A stretch of DNA of 64,000 nucleotides from Candidatus Nanosyncoccus sp. (GCA_045630905.1 JAZQTT010000013.1:2192-66191); one strand, 5' to 3'; positions 37,954 to 48,991 are shown, numbered from the stretch's first letter. Notes: generated by a model not told the origin, from the sequence alone. Numbers and translations are program-made.

Positions 37954-40668
37954 TTATTCTGAACTTGTGGTAAAGGTCATTTCCTGAGACACAGTGTAGC
38001 CAGCAGAGTCTGAGATCATGACTTTGACTGAGCTTTCTGAGCCAGTAAGAGTGTAGACTGAACCATCAGATCCTGGGGAAACGCTACCGCGTTCTACACC
38101 ATTTACATATAGAGTATAGCCGGCAATATCATAGGTACCTTTACGTACTGTAGCGATTACTTTGTCGCCGCTGGTTGAGAGACTTAATCTTGGTGGCTCA
38201 TAATCACATGGATCTGAAGTATCACGGATATATGGTTCTGGAACATTAAAGACATCTTTACCGGTCATTGGGTCAGTGACTTTGGTTACTTCTACTTCAA
38301 TCTTATATTCTTCTGGGGTACATTCAGAAGCAAGATAGTGGTTATAACGGTTAAAAGTAAGAGTTGATTTAGCTACACCAGAGTTCTTAGAAGCGTTAAA
38401 CCAGCTTGGCCAGATATCAGTCTTACCATTGACGGTTAGAGTTTGAATGCCGGATGGTTTAACTGGTGTATCACCAGACTTCCATTTACCCTCTTCAGCG
38501 TAAATATTCTTATGGACGCCTTCCATATAGTTATTGATTACGCGACGTACAATTGTGTTATCAGAATTTCTAAGTGCGGAACCATCATGATTACCATTCC
38601 AGACTACCGTAGAGATGGCTGATGAGAAGCTGATCATTAATGAATCCTTAGTCTCAGTAGATTTGGCTGTAGTAGTAGTACCGGTCTTTGAAGCAGTTTC
38701 TACACCTGGGACAACAAACCCAAATGAGCGAGCCTGCGAGCCAAAGACTAGGGAAGCACGAGCATTTGCGTCATGGAGAATATCCCAAATCATATAGGCA
38801 ACTTGGCTATCTACTACGCGTTCGCCTTCACTATCTTTCCAGCTTTCAATCACATCACCGGAACTATTCTTAAGTTCTAGAACATAGGTAATATCCTTAT
38901 ATGAACCGCCACGAGCGATTGAAGCATAGGCGTTAGCGTGCTCAGTAATACGAACGTTACAACCAGAGCCAATAGCAATGGAAAGACCATAGTTTTCTTT
39001 ATCCTCACAATATGATTTTTCACCAAGAGCATGAGCTATCTCAAGAGAATTATCGATACCATTAATATATAGTGCTTTTACAGCTGGGATATTCAAAGAG
39101 TTTGAAAGTGCCTGACGGATTGTTACATTACCATAAAACTTACCAGTATAGTTTCTGAGCATACAAGAGCCCGTATTACCAGAACAATAAATATTATCTA
39201 TATTTTCATCCTTTAACACGGTGCCAGGGCCATAGTTCACTCCGTCACGTTGCATAAAGAGTGGGGTGTAATCCAGGATCGGCTTGATGGTAGATCCAGG
39301 CTCCAGTAAAGCATTTGCCGCATTATAAGAACCATATTCGGCGTTTGAAAAGTCTACAGAACCAACCATCGCAATAACTTGTGAAGTTTCAACATCCAGT
39401 GAAGCAAGTGCGATATTGTCAGAGCGGTTTACGTTAAAGAGTTTAGTTCCGGCTTGGACGGCTTCTTCAGCAACTTGTTGTGCACGGTAATCAAGTGTAG
39501 TAGTGATTGTCCAACCACCAGCACGCATAGTCTGAATGCCATATTTTTCTTCTAGCTTAGACTTTACTTCTAGGACAAAATGCGGGGCAAGCATGTCAGC
39601 ATATTGGCTTGATTCTGGCTGAATTGTGGAAAGAACATCAATTTTCTTTGCTTCTTCAGCCTCCTCAGTGGTAATATAACCCATTTCCGCCATTACATCT
39701 AAAGTATAATGCTGACGCCAGATTAGTTGATCGTGGCCATATTCATTATATGGGTTAAACACGCCAGGATTATTTGGAATAGAAGCAAGAAGGGCAGACT
39801 CAGCAAGGGTTAATTCTTTTGCGGATTTGCCAAAGTACGTCTGGGCAGCGGATTCAACACCGTTACGGCGACCGCCGTAAGGAGATTGGTTTAGATACAT
39901 GGTAAGAATTTGGTCTTTTGAATACATCTTTTCAAGCTCAATTGAGAGGATTAACTCTTTAATTTTACGAGCTAGACCACCACGGTTTTCACTCTGTGCT
40001 TCGTCAGAGAAATATACTTGCTTAATCAGTTGTTGTGTGAGGGTGGAACCACCCTGAACTCCTTTACCAGATAAGGTAGAAAAAGTAGCACGAATTAAAG
40101 CCCCAAAATCTACGCCAGGGTGATTATAGAAATTACGATCCTCAATTGCTACTGTAGCCTGATACATATAGCCGGAAATATCTTCTCGTTCTGCAGTTAA
40201 GCGATAGTTTTCGCTACCGGTGTCTTTCCATAGCACAACACCGTTACGGTCTAGATAGGTATTAACAGTATCATTAATTGACATTTCATCAAGACGAATT
40301 GCATCGAGATCTTTTTTATAATACAAGAATAGACCACCGATAAAGATGATAATAATCAACGCCGTTGCAGCAAGTGCTTTTAAGATGGTTTTTTGACCTC
40401 TCCAGGAGAACCACCATTTAAATACACGCTTCGGATGCAAACGGGCAAAAAACCGCTTAACTGGCTCTTTTGGAAGCTTAGCTAATTCTTCAGCGCGCCT
40501 TCTGGCGTCGGCTTCTTTCTTTGCTCTATGTTTATAACTTAGGCTCGAATAGAGATTCATATTGTTTTTCGAGCTCTTTAATTTACGTTGTTTAGAATCA
40601 GATTTATCTGATTTTGCCTTCTTAGATTTAGATGGCATAATCACCACACTACTTTTTTTCTTAGCCAT
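37954..40668 (-). CDS. Class A penicillin-binding protein (transglycosylase-transpeptidase)
   Basis: TG motifs AIEDRNFYNH, QGGSTLTQQLIK, RKIKE, YLN; TP motifs GSTIK, SLN, KTGTT. Confidence 0.95.
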   Translation of the reverse strand: MAKKKSSVVIMPSKSKKAKSDKSDSKQRKLKSSKNNMNLYSSLSYKHRAKKEADARRRAEELAKLPKEPVKRFFARLHPKRVFKWWFSWRGQKTILKALAATALIIIIFIGGLFLYYKKDLDAIRLDEMSINDTVNTYLDRNGVVLWKDTGSENYRLTAEREDISGYMYQATVAIEDRNFYNHPGVDFGALIRATFSTLSGKGVQGGSTLTQQLIKQVYFSDEAQSENRGGLARKIKELILSIELEKMYSKDQILTMYLNQSPYGGRRNGVESAAQTYFGKSAKELTLAESALLASIPNNPGVFNPYNEYGHDQLIWRQHYTLDVMAEMGYITTEEAEEAKKIDVLSTIQPESSQYADMLAPHFVLEVKSKLEEKYGIQTMRAGGWTITTTLDYRAQQVAEEAVQAGTKLFNVNRSDNIALASLDVETSQVIAMVGSVDFSNAEYGSYNAANALLEPGSTIKPILDYTPLFMQRDGVNYGPGTVLKDENIDNIYCSGNTGSCMLRNYTGKFYGNVTIRQALSNSLNIPAVKALYINGIDNSLEIAHALGEKSYCEDKENYGLSIAIGSGCNVRITEHANAYASIARGGSYKDITYVLELKNSSGDVIESWKDSEGERVVDSQVAYMIWDILHDANARASLVFGSQARSFGFVVPGVETASKTGTTTTAKSTETKDSLMISFSSAISTVVWNGNHDGSALRNSDNTIVRRVINNYMEGVHKNIYAEEGKWKSGDTPVKPSGIQTLTVNGKTDIWPSWFNASKNSGVAKSTLTFNRYNHYLASECTPEEYKIEVEVTKVTDPMTGKDVFNVPEPYIRDTSDPCDYEPPRLSLSTSGDKVIATVRKGTYDIAGYTLYVNGVERGSVSPGSDGSVYTLTGSESSVKVMISDSAGYTVSQEMTFTTSSE

Positions 40669-40738
40669 ACTATTATTATAGCATTATTGTTTTATTTTTG
40701 GCAAAAAAACTTAATTAAACTATGCTACAATAATATAT

Positions 40739-42379
40739 ATGCGGAAATTTAGGTTTCGTTCTATTGTGGCTATGGCCAATGCAAAACTGTCGATTAAGTC
40801 GGCAGCGATTGTTTTAGCTTCTTCAACCTTAATTTCAGCTTTACTTGGGTTATTCCGCGATCGCTTGTTGAATTCTAATTATCTAGGAACTTATCCAACT
40901 GGAATTGACGCTTATACGGCAGCTTTTACAATTCCAGATTTCATGTTTTTCATTCTTACAAGTGGCGCGCTAGCTGTTTCATTTATTCCAGTTTTTAACC
41001 AAAGACTTGCGTCTGGCAATAAAAAATCGGCGTGGGAATTATCGTCAAGTTTACTAAACCTTCTGGCGATCGTTACTTTTATAGCCAGTATTTTAATTAT
41101 GATTTTCGCGGATCCTTTGATTCGCTATATTGTAAGCCCTGGTCTTGATGAGTCCGGGATGGTGTTAGCTATCAATATGACAAGGGTGATTGCAATAAAC
41201 CCATTCCTTTTTTCAATTGCTACGGTCATTACCTCAATTCAACAGGCAGTAGGAAGATTTGTATTTTACGCCTTTGCGCCAGCGATTTATAACGTAGGTA
41301 TTATTATCGGTATCACTTGTTTTACTGGTGGCATTAATCTATTTGGTGTACAAATATTTGAAGGCGGGATCATGGGCGTAGCGATCGGAGTAATCCTAGG
41401 CGCTGTATTGCAGCTAATTGTGTCTCTAATTGGGTTATTTGGACTTGGCATGAATTATGAATTCAAGATTTATTGGCGAAATCAAGGCTTCCGATCTATT
41501 TTAAGGCTACTTCCAGCACGCTCACTAGACCAGGGAATTGATTACATTAACGGTGTAGTTAATACCAATCTTTCTTCCAGAATGGGGGCTGGCGCAGTAA
41601 GGTCATTTAACCAGGCGTCGTCTTTACATCAGATGCCAGTAAACCTGATTGGTGTAGCAATTTCTACCGCCTTCTTCCCGAAATTAACCGAAGAATTAGG
41701 CGTGGGCGATAAAAAGGAATTTAACAATACTTTCCGCCAAGCGTTAAGAACAATTACTTGGATTTCTTTGCCGGTTGCTGCAATTTCATTTTTTACGCGA
41801 GGTTACATTACAAGCTTTATTGCTAATATCGGTAGTAGTGATAGTAACGGGACGATTGCCTCGATCCTCGGCACGCTCTGTATTGCGATTTTTGCGCGGT
41901 CAGTTTTTCATATTGCCTCCCGCGGCTTTTATGCCTATCAGGATACAAAGACCCCTTTTATCATTTCAATCTTTGCAATTGGTTTCACTATTATCCTCTC
42001 GGTCTGGTTCTTCTTGATGGGCTGGGGAGTAGATGGGCTTGGTATAGCACAGTCAATAGGTGCGATCATAGAAATAATTATATTGTTGTTTATTTTACAA
42101 AAGAGATCCGGGCGTGAATTATTGGATAAAAGTTTTTGGCGAGCAATGATTAGAATGTTAATCGCAACTGCAATTTCTGGGTGTGTTGCGTTCTCAATGA
42201 CAAAGTTTATCCCATTGATGGCCACTGATAACTCATTAGTTAGCACCATCCCTAAATTCTTGTTTATTTCTATAGTCTCATTTATTGCATATATCATCGC
42301 TAGCTATTTCTTAGACCTAAAAGAAGCGAAGCCAATTTTCCAATATGTGAAAAAAATCCTCTTCAGAAATGCCAAATAA
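40739..42379 (+). CDS. murJ: Lipid II flippase MurJ/MviN
   Basis: LLGLFRDRLL, AYTAAFTIPD, GALAVSFIPVF, MPVNLIGVAISTAFFP, RGFYAYQDTKTP; many TMs. Confidence 0.93.
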   Translation: MRKFRFRSIVAMANAKLSIKSAAIVLASSTLISALLGLFRDRLLNSNYLGTYPTGIDAYTAAFTIPDFMFFILTSGALAVSFIPVFNQRLASGNKKSAWELSSSLLNLLAIVTFIASILIMIFADPLIRYIVSPGLDESGMVLAINMTRVIAINPFLFSIATVITSIQQAVGRFVFYAFAPAIYNVGIIIGITCFTGGINLFGVQIFEGGIMGVAIGVILGAVLQLIVSLIGLFGLGMNYEFKIYWRNQGFRSILRLLPARSLDQGIDYINGVVNTNLSSRMGAGAVRSFNQASSLHQMPVNLIGVAISTAFFPKLTEELGVGDKKEFNNTFRQALRTITWISLPVAAISFFTRGYITSFIANIGSSDSNGTIASILGTLCIAIFARSVFHIASRGFYAYQDTKTPFIISIFAIGFTIILSVWFFLMGWGVDGLGIAQSIGAIIEIIILLFILQKRSGRELLDKSFWRAMIRMLIATAISGCVAFSMTKFIPLMATDNSLVSTIPKFLFISIVSFIAYIIASYFLDLKEAKPIFQYVKKILFRNAK

Positions 42380-42397
42380 GTGGTATAATTAAAAGAT

Positions 42398-42685
42398 ATG
42401 GATATTAAACGCGAGGACATCATACATTTGGCTGATTTGTCGTCAATTTCTCTAGCGGAAGAAGAGATTGAACCTTTAACTAAGGATCTGCAGGGAATTG
42501 TAAATTATATTTCGCAAATTGGCGAATTAGATACTGATAATATTGAGCCAACTTATCAGGTGTTTGAAATGGAAAATGTGTGGCGCGAAGATGAAATTTT
42601 AGAACAAGAAGCAACCAGGGAAGAATTGCTCGCGTTGACAAAAGAAGAAAAAGACCATCAAATAAAAGTGCCAAAGGTGTTATAA
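42398..42685 (+). CDS. gatC: Asp/Glu-tRNA amidotransferase subunit C
   Basis: IHLADLS, LDTDNIEPT, WREDE, KVPKVL; precedes gatA. Confidence 0.92.
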   Translation: MDIKREDIIHLADLSSISLAEEEIEPLTKDLQGIVNYISQIGELDTDNIEPTYQVFEMENVWREDEILEQEATREELLALTKEEKDHQIKVPKVL

Positions 42686-44152
42686 ATGAAAATTGCAAAT
42701 AAAAAAGTAACAGCTGAGAGATTAGTGCGCGACGCTTTAGAGAAAGCAAAACATTTTAGTGACTATAATATTTTCACTTTTTTAAATGAAGATGAAGCCT
42801 TAAGACGTGCAAAAGAGATTGACGCGAAGATAGCAAAGGGTGAAGAAGTTGGGCGCCTGGCTGGCGTACCGTATGCTCTAAAAGATAATTTTTTGTCTTT
42901 AGCGGGAGAAACTACGGCTTCAGCACATATCTTACAAGGTTTTACCGCACCAGTTACCGCAACGGCAGTTGCAAAACTAGAGTCGGAAGGCGCGATTATG
43001 ATTGGGCGAGCAAACATGGATGCCTTTGCGCATGGAACTTCTACAGAAAATTCATATTTTGGGCCAACTCTAAACTCACATGATAAGGAAAGAGTAGCGG
43101 GCGGTTCTTCTGGTGGTTCAGCGGTAGCGGTGGCACTAGATATTGTTGAATTTGCAACCGGTACGGACACTGGTGGTTCAATTAGGCAGCCAGCAGCCTT
43201 TAATGGAATTTACGGCTTTAAACCAACTTACGGAACAATTTCACGTTATGGAGTAGTTGCAATGGCGTCTTCTACGGATTGTATTGGATTCTTTACTAAA
43301 ACACCAGAAGATATGGATCTTTTGATGTCTATTGCGAGCGGGCAAGACCCGAAAGATTTAACAACCCTTCCCGATTACTACGATGCAGAATTAGGAGATT
43401 CTCGACACGCGTCTTCGCGCCCGTCGTCACGGGGCTCCGACGCTCAATCCGCTCCCGTCGTCGCGGACAGTCTCGAATCTTCTAATTCCTGCATCAAAGT
43501 AGGGATTGTGAAGGATTTTGACAATGATTCGATTGATGCGGAGATTCGTGAAGCGCTGAAGCATAAGGTTGAGTTACTCAAGTCTAAAGGACATGAGGTT
43601 ATCGAGCTTGAGATGCCAAGTCTAAAATATGCTCTTTCGGCTTATTATGTAATTGTTCCGGCAGAAATCACTTCAAATCTCTCTCGTCATGACGGAGTGA
43701 GATATGGTTTTCGCTCTAAAAAATCTCAAGATTTAGATAGCCTGTATGAAAAAACTCGTGATGAGGGTTTTATGCCAGAGAACAAACGTAGAATAATGAT
43801 TGGAAACTTTGTACTTTCTAGTGGATTTTACGATGCATACTTTTTAAAAGCAGCAAAAGTTAGAACCCTAATCATAGAGGAATACGAAAAAGCATTTTCA
43901 AAGGTAGATTTTCTCTTAATGCCAATTTCGCCAAACCCACCATTTAAGATTGGAGAGAAAGTTAATGATCCTGTAGCGATGTACATGGAAGATATGATGT
44001 CTGTCTCAACTAATCTAGCTGGCGTTCCTGGACTAGCTATTCCGGCCGGAAAAACTAAGAGCGGGCTACCCGTAGGATTACAGCTAGTAGGTCCAAGGCG
44101 TAGCGATAAAAACTTGCTAAAATTTGCAAAGGAGTTAGAAGAAAATGAATAA
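42686..44152 (+). CDS. gatA: Asp/Glu-tRNA amidotransferase subunit A, with in-frame palindromic insertion
   Basis: LAGVPYALKDN, GGSSGGSA, GTDTGGSIRQPA, YGTISRYG, YMEDMM, LPVGLQL. Confidence 0.96.
   Translation: MKIANKKVTAERLVRDALEKAKHFSDYNIFTFLNEDEALRRAKEIDAKIAKGEEVGRLAGVPYALKDNFLSLAGETTASAHILQGFTAPVTATAVAKLESEGAIMIGRANMDAFAHGTSTENSYFGPTLNSHDKERVAGGSSGGSAVAVALDIVEFATGTDTGGSIRQPAAFNGIYGFKPTYGTISRYGVVAMASSTDCIGFFTKTPEDMDLLMSIASGQDPKDLTTLPDYYDAELGDSRHASSRPSSRGSDAQSAPVVADSLESSNSCIKVGIVKDFDNDSIDAEIREALKHKVELLKSKGHEVIELEMPSLKYALSAYYVIVPAEITSNLSRHDGVRYGFRSKKSQDLDSLYEKTRDEGFMPENKRRIMIGNFVLSSGFYDAYFLKAAKVRTLIIEEYEKAFSKVDFLLMPISPNPPFKIGEKVNDPVAMYMEDMMSVSTNLAGVPGLAIPAGKTKSGLPVGLQLVGPRRSDKNLLKFAKELEENE
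43382..43495. repeat. GC-rich palindromic element (114 bp, 38 codons) lying in frame inside gatA
   Basis: Arms 43382-43401 / 43475-43495 pair (one G.U, one bulge); core 43402-43474 is 51/73 G+C with a near-duplicated 16-mer. Confidence 0.7.
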
Positions 44153-44179
44153 TTACTTAAATAATGGAGGTATACAATA

Positions 44180-44599
44180 ATGGATGGTGGAGTTGTAACT
44201 TTTATTATTGCAATTCTGATTGTAGCGGTACTAGTTTTTATTGCGATTCTTCTGACCGGAAAACGCGGATATCATTTTAATGTTGAATCATACCAAGCAA
44301 AGTTTTTAGCAATTGAAAACAAGTTAAAACAAGATAACCCAGCCACCTTTATGACTTCTATTATTGAAGGAGATAAGTTGCTTGATAAGGCGTTGGTAGA
44401 AATGGGAACACCTGGAAAAACAATGGGCGATAGATTAAAAAGAGCTGGAGGAAGATTTTCTAATCTAAACTCTGTTTGGCGAGCGCATAAATTGCGCAAT
44501 GCGATTGCCCATGAGTCTGATATTGAAATTAGTTATAAACAGGCATCTAATGCCCTAGCTATTTATAAGCAAGCACTAAAAGATTTAGGAGCAATTTAA
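44180..44599 (+). CDS. Conserved hypothetical membrane protein within the gat operon
   Basis: N-terminal TM; GDKLLDKAL...GKTMGDRLK...VWRAHKLRNAIAHE motif resembles a CPR-common family (recall). Confidence 0.75.
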   Translation: MDGGVVTFIIAILIVAVLVFIAILLTGKRGYHFNVESYQAKFLAIENKLKQDNPATFMTSIIEGDKLLDKALVEMGTPGKTMGDRLKRAGGRFSNLNSVWRAHKLRNAIAHESDIEISYKQASNALAIYKQALKDLGAI

Positions 44600-46014
44600 T
44601 GAAATATATTCCAACTATCGGTATCGAATGTCACGTTCAATTATGTACAAAAACTAAGCTGTTTTCTGAAGTAGACAATGATGCGCGTGGCAAGGAGCCA
44701 AACTCCTGCGTTTCACCGGTTGACTACGCTTTACCTGGTATGCTACCTAGATTAAATGGAGAAGCAATTCGCTTTGCGATTAGAGCTGGCAAGGCAATGA
44801 ATTGTGAAATTAATCGTTCTTCTAGATTTGATAGAAAACACTATTTCTATCCAGATTCACCAAAAGGTTATCAGATTACCCAGTTTTACCACCCAATCAT
44901 TGGTGAAGGTTACGTAGAATTACCATCCGGCACAAAAATCCGGATTGAGCACGCTCACCTTGAAGGAGATGCTGGAAAACTAACCCATTTTGATACATAT
45001 TCATTAGTTGATTTAAACCGGGTAGATACGCCTTTAATTGAAATTGTTTCAATGCCAGACATCCACTCAGCTAAGGACGCACACGATTATTGTAAAGAAC
45101 TTTGGCGACTTATGTGCTTTGCTGGTGTGACTTATGGCGATCTATACAATGGCAATATGAGATTTGACGTGAATATTTCAATTGCGCCAGAAGGTTCAGA
45201 TGAATTAGGCACGCGCGCAGAGGTAAAGAACTTAAACTCTTTCCGATCAGTTGAGCGAGCGGTTGAATACGAAATTTCAAGACAGGAGAAGCTATTAGAG
45301 TCTGGTGAGAAAGTGGTCCAGGAAACACGTGGTTGGAATGATGCAACGGGAAAAACCACTGGGCAGAGATCAAAGGAAGAAGCTAAAGACTACAGATATA
45401 TGCCAGAACCAGATATTCCGCCGATTAACTTATCCGAAGAGTTTATTGAAACTGAACTTAAGAAAATGCCACTAATGCCAGCGGATTATCGTAAAATGTT
45501 TAAAGATGTCATTAATTCAGATATTTTAGAGGTCTTACTGGACTACCCAACTTTAATGGGAAAAATCAATGAGGTGGATAAAAAATATGTGAAAAATATT
45601 TCTAACTTATTTACTTCAGTACTTTTAGCCGAAGAAAAATCAGCAGAGTACTTGAACGATCTACCAAGCGCCAATGATTTAGTGAAGTTAGCCGAGATGA
45701 ACGAGAAAAAGGAACTAAGCTCCACGGCCACAAAAGAAGTGTTCTTAAAGCTATTTGATCCACAAATGAAAGGCCGCGGCACGGAGAACATAGCTAAGGA
45801 ATTAGGCCTAATTCAGGAAAACGATTTAGATGCACTAGAAGAAATTGTAAATACCGTACTAGCTAAACCAGAAACCCAAAAAGCCCAAGAAGATTTTAAA
45901 AATGGGGAAGAAAAAGTAATAGGTTTCTTAGTAGGGCAAGTAATGAAAGAGTCTCACGGCAAGGCAAACCCTTCAGCGGTGCAAGAGATTTTGCGCTCTA
46001 AATTGACAAAGTAA
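44599..46014 (+). CDS. gatB: Asp/Glu-tRNA amidotransferase subunit B
   Basis: IGIECHVQL, FDRKHYFYPD, HLEGDAGK, GNMRFDVNIS, EVKNLNSFR, DYRYMPEPD, GFLVGQVMK. Confidence 0.98.
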   Translation: MKYIPTIGIECHVQLCTKTKLFSEVDNDARGKEPNSCVSPVDYALPGMLPRLNGEAIRFAIRAGKAMNCEINRSSRFDRKHYFYPDSPKGYQITQFYHPIIGEGYVELPSGTKIRIEHAHLEGDAGKLTHFDTYSLVDLNRVDTPLIEIVSMPDIHSAKDAHDYCKELWRLMCFAGVTYGDLYNGNMRFDVNISIAPEGSDELGTRAEVKNLNSFRSVERAVEYEISRQEKLLESGEKVVQETRGWNDATGKTTGQRSKEEAKDYRYMPEPDIPPINLSEEFIETELKKMPLMPADYRKMFKDVINSDILEVLLDYPTLMGKINEVDKKYVKNISNLFTSVLLAEEKSAEYLNDLPSANDLVKLAEMNEKKELSSTATKEVFLKLFDPQMKGRGTENIAKELGLIQENDLDALEEIVNTVLAKPETQKAQEDFKNGEEKVIGFLVGQVMKESHGKANPSAVQEILRSKLTK

Positions 46015-46031
46015 ATAGATTGTGGTACGAT
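46003..46031 (+). promoter_or_regulatory. Sigma70-type promoter overlapping the gatB 3' end
   Basis: TTGACA (46003-08), 17 bp, TGgTACGAT (-10 at 46026-31). Confidence 0.65.
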
Positions 46032-46136
46032 AACTTAACTCGCTCTCTGATTTTAACAGAGTGTTATGAGATGCACCTTATAAAATGAGAGAGTATTTTG
46101 TTGTTTTCTAGTTCAAAGGTTTAGGAGGTGGAAAAT

Positions 46137-46733
46137 ATGGTAAAGAAAGCAGCAACATTGAAGTCCTTAAGTGATCTTGGTCTCGACAATGTTACTAAGA
46201 CGTCTGTTATTAGCCGTTGTGGTAATGTCGACAAGGCAGTGAAGTACGGTAGACATCTGGCGTTTGTAATAGAAGAAAAGCCGCATCTTAAAAAGAGCAC
46301 GCCGAGAGCAAATCTAATCTTTATAAAGGCATTAAAAGAGGCGGGCTTTATACTGCCTTATGAAGATATCAAGATAGCGCTCGCTTTGGCCGAGTTTTAT
46401 AAGGATGTGTTTTATTTTGAAGTAAGCTTGAGCTTACCCAGCAATATCCGGGAGATGAGTAACGAAATTTATGAGGATTTCAAACCAGTTCCTAAAAAAG
46501 ACATATCAAGGTTGAAGAAACTTCTTAAAGAAGAGTTGTCCACTGAAGGATATTACGCAATTATTCATTCTTATGGGCTAAACGGAAAGACAATGTCTAA
46601 AAAAGAGCTGAAGAATGCACTTGGAATATCAGACTATCGTCTAAGGAAACTAATTAATGATTCATTAGATAGTCTGCACAAGCAAGAGGTCATAAAATGG
46701 ATTTTCGATTCCATTGAGAGACACACAAAATAA
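46137..46733 (+). CDS. Hypothetical protein with C-terminal sigma70 region-4-like HTH and a possible RNAP alpha-CTD-like N-terminus
   Basis: AGGAGG SD; LSTEGYYAIIHSYGLNGKTMSKKELKNALGISDYRLRKLINDSLDSL parallels sigma r4 (L..RE..VI..RYGL....T..E....GIS..RVRQI...AL); no sigma region 2. Confidence 0.6.
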   Translation: MVKKAATLKSLSDLGLDNVTKTSVISRCGNVDKAVKYGRHLAFVIEEKPHLKKSTPRANLIFIKALKEAGFILPYEDIKIALALAEFYKDVFYFEVSLSLPSNIREMSNEIYEDFKPVPKKDISRLKKLLKEELSTEGYYAIIHSYGLNGKTMSKKELKNALGISDYRLRKLINDSLDSLHKQEVIKWIFDSIERHTK

Positions 46734-46736
46734 TCT

Positions 46737-46766
46737 AAAAACCTCGGCTAAATAGTCGAGGTTTTT
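46737..46766 (+). terminator. Intrinsic terminator
   Basis: AAAAACCTCGGCTA-aa-TAGTCGAGGTTTTT. Confidence 0.85.
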
Positions 46767-46879
46767 TATCTATAGATTTTTCTTTTCATTTTAGGAAAAA
46801 TGTGATAAAATATTGGCAATGTTATCTTTTTGAGCGTAGTACTCATGAGATAGAAAATAATAAATGGTAAAAGGAGAAT

Positions 46880-48979
46880 ATGGCTACTGAAATCAAAGAT
46901 CTAGCTAAGATGCGCAATATTGGAATTATCGCGCATATTGACGCTGGTAAAACTACCACCTCGGAAGCGATTTTGTATCGTACGGGGCTAAAACATAAAA
47001 TTGACCTTGTTAAGGGCGGCACAGGTGGTGCTGATACCGACTGGATGGAACAGGAAAAGGAACGCGGTATTACGATTACTTCTGCCGCGGTAACTGTTTA
47101 CTGGAAAAATCATCAAATTAACATTATTGATACCCCAGGGCATATCGACTTCACCGCCGAGGTGGAACGCTCTCTCCGTGTACTTGACGGTGCGGTAGTG
47201 GTATTTGACGGTAAAATGGGTGTAGAAGCTCAGTCTGAAACTGTATGGCGCCAAGCTACTAAATACGGCGTACCTCGCATCTGTTTTGTTAACAAAATCA
47301 ACCAGATTGGTGGAGATTTCTACAAATCTCTGGATTCAATTCACAAACGTTTGTCTAAAAACGCAGTAGCTATTCACTTACCAATTGGCTTCGAGAAAGA
47401 TATCTGTGGTGTAGTAGATCTAGTTGATATGAAGGCTTACACCTATAAAGATTACGCTGACCATGAGCTTACTGTTGGCGAAATTCCAGCAGATATGGTA
47501 GAAAAGGCTAAGAATGCTCGTTCAATGTTGGTTGAAGAAGCTGTCCAAGCCGATGAAGCTTTAATGGATAAGTATTTTAACGAAGGTGAAGAAGCTATCA
47601 CTATTGATGAACTTAAAGCTGCACTTCGTAAGCGCGTACTTGATGGTGATTTCTTCCTAGTAACCGGTGGTGACGGACGCGGTGTAATTGTAGAGAAGGT
47701 ACTTGATCTTATGACAGATTATCTTCCTTCACCACTTGATCGCGATCAGGGACAAACAGTAGGCACCGATCCAAAGACCGGCGATCAGATTATTCGCAAA
47801 GCTGATAACTCTGAACCGCTTACTGCTCTTGCCTTTAAGATCGCAACCGATCCATTTGTGGGTAAATTAATCTTCATCCGCGTTTACGCTGGTAAATTGA
47901 AGTCTGGTGACACGGTACTTAACGCATCAACTGGCGACAAGGAAAGAATCGGACGTTTGGTACGTATGCACGCAAATGACCGAAAAGATATTACCGAGAT
48001 TGGTGCTGGCGATATCGCTGCGGTAGTAGGATTAAAGAACTGTACCACTGGTACAACTCTCTGTTCTCCTGCACATCCAATTCTTCTAGAGTCAATTGAA
48101 TTCCCAGATCCACCAGTATCAATTGCAGTTGAACCAAAAACTAAAGCTGATCAGGAAAAAATGGGTATTGGTCTATCTAAGATGGCTGAGGAAGACCCAA
48201 CTTTCCGTGTTCACACTGATGAAGAAACCGGTCAGACTATTATCTCTGGTATGGGTGAGCTTCACCTTGAAATTATTATTGATCGTTTAAAGAGGGAACA
48301 TAACGTAGAAGCCAACACTGGCGCTCCACAAGTAGCTTACCGTGAGACAATCCGCGGTACCGCAGAAGCACAAGGTAAGCACATCAAGCAGTCTGGTGGT
48401 CGTGGTCAGTATGGTGACGTATGGATCAAGTTTGAACCAAACGAACCAGGGAAAGGCTTTGAGTTTATCGACCAGATTAAAGGTGGTGTGGTTCCTCAGG
48501 AATACCGCAAACCAGTACAAAAAGGTGTCGAAGATACCTTGGCCGGCGGTGTTATTGCTGGATATCCAGTAGTAGATATCAAGGCTACTTTGTATGATGG
48601 TTCTTACCATGATGTTGACTCCTCAGAGCTCGCCTTCACTTTGGCAGGTTCTCTTGCGACCCGAGAAGGTATCTCGAAGGCTAGCCCAGTACTCCTAGAA
48701 CCAGTAATGAAACTTGAAATTACCACCCCAGAAGAGTTCATGGGTGATGTAATCGGAGATATCAACTCTCGTCGTGGGCGCATTGATGAGATGGAAGATT
48801 TGAACGGTGGCGCCAAGCTAATCAAGGCGTTTTGTCCTTTGGCTAACTTGTTTGGTTACACCAGCGATCTTAGAGGTATGACTCAAGGGCGTGCTGCTTC
48901 TTCTATGGAACTCTTTGCCTACGAGGAAGTACCACCTAACGTAGCTGCTGAGATTATTGAGAAGAGAAATTCAAAATAA
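46880..48979 (+). CDS. fusA: Elongation factor G
   Basis: [66 protein letters not shown]. Confidence 0.99.
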   Translation: MATEIKDLAKMRNIGIIAHIDAGKTTTSEAILYRTGLKHKIDLVKGGTGGADTDWMEQEKERGITITSAAVTVYWKNHQINIIDTPGHIDFTAEVERSLRVLDGAVVVFDGKMGVEAQSETVWRQATKYGVPRICFVNKINQIGGDFYKSLDSIHKRLSKNAVAIHLPIGFEKDICGVVDLVDMKAYTYKDYADHELTVGEIPADMVEKAKNARSMLVEEAVQADEALMDKYFNEGEEAITIDELKAALRKRVLDGDFFLVTGGDGRGVIVEKVLDLMTDYLPSPLDRDQGQTVGTDPKTGDQIIRKADNSEPLTALAFKIATDPFVGKLIFIRVYAGKLKSGDTVLNASTGDKERIGRLVRMHANDRKDITEIGAGDIAAVVGLKNCTTGTTLCSPAHPILLESIEFPDPPVSIAVEPKTKADQEKMGIGLSKMAEEDPTFRVHTDEETGQTIISGMGELHLEIIIDRLKREHNVEANTGAPQVAYRETIRGTAEAQGKHIKQSGGRGQYGDVWIKFEPNEPGKGFEFIDQIKGGVVPQEYRKPVQKGVEDTLAGGVIAGYPVVDIKATLYDGSYHDVDSSELAFTLAGSLATREGISKASPVLLEPVMKLEITTPEEFMGDVIGDINSRRGRIDEMEDLNGGAKLIKAFCPLANLFGYTSDLRGMTQGRAASSMELFAYEEVPPNVAAEIIEKRNSK

Positions 48980-48991
48980 TCTCATAGCCTA

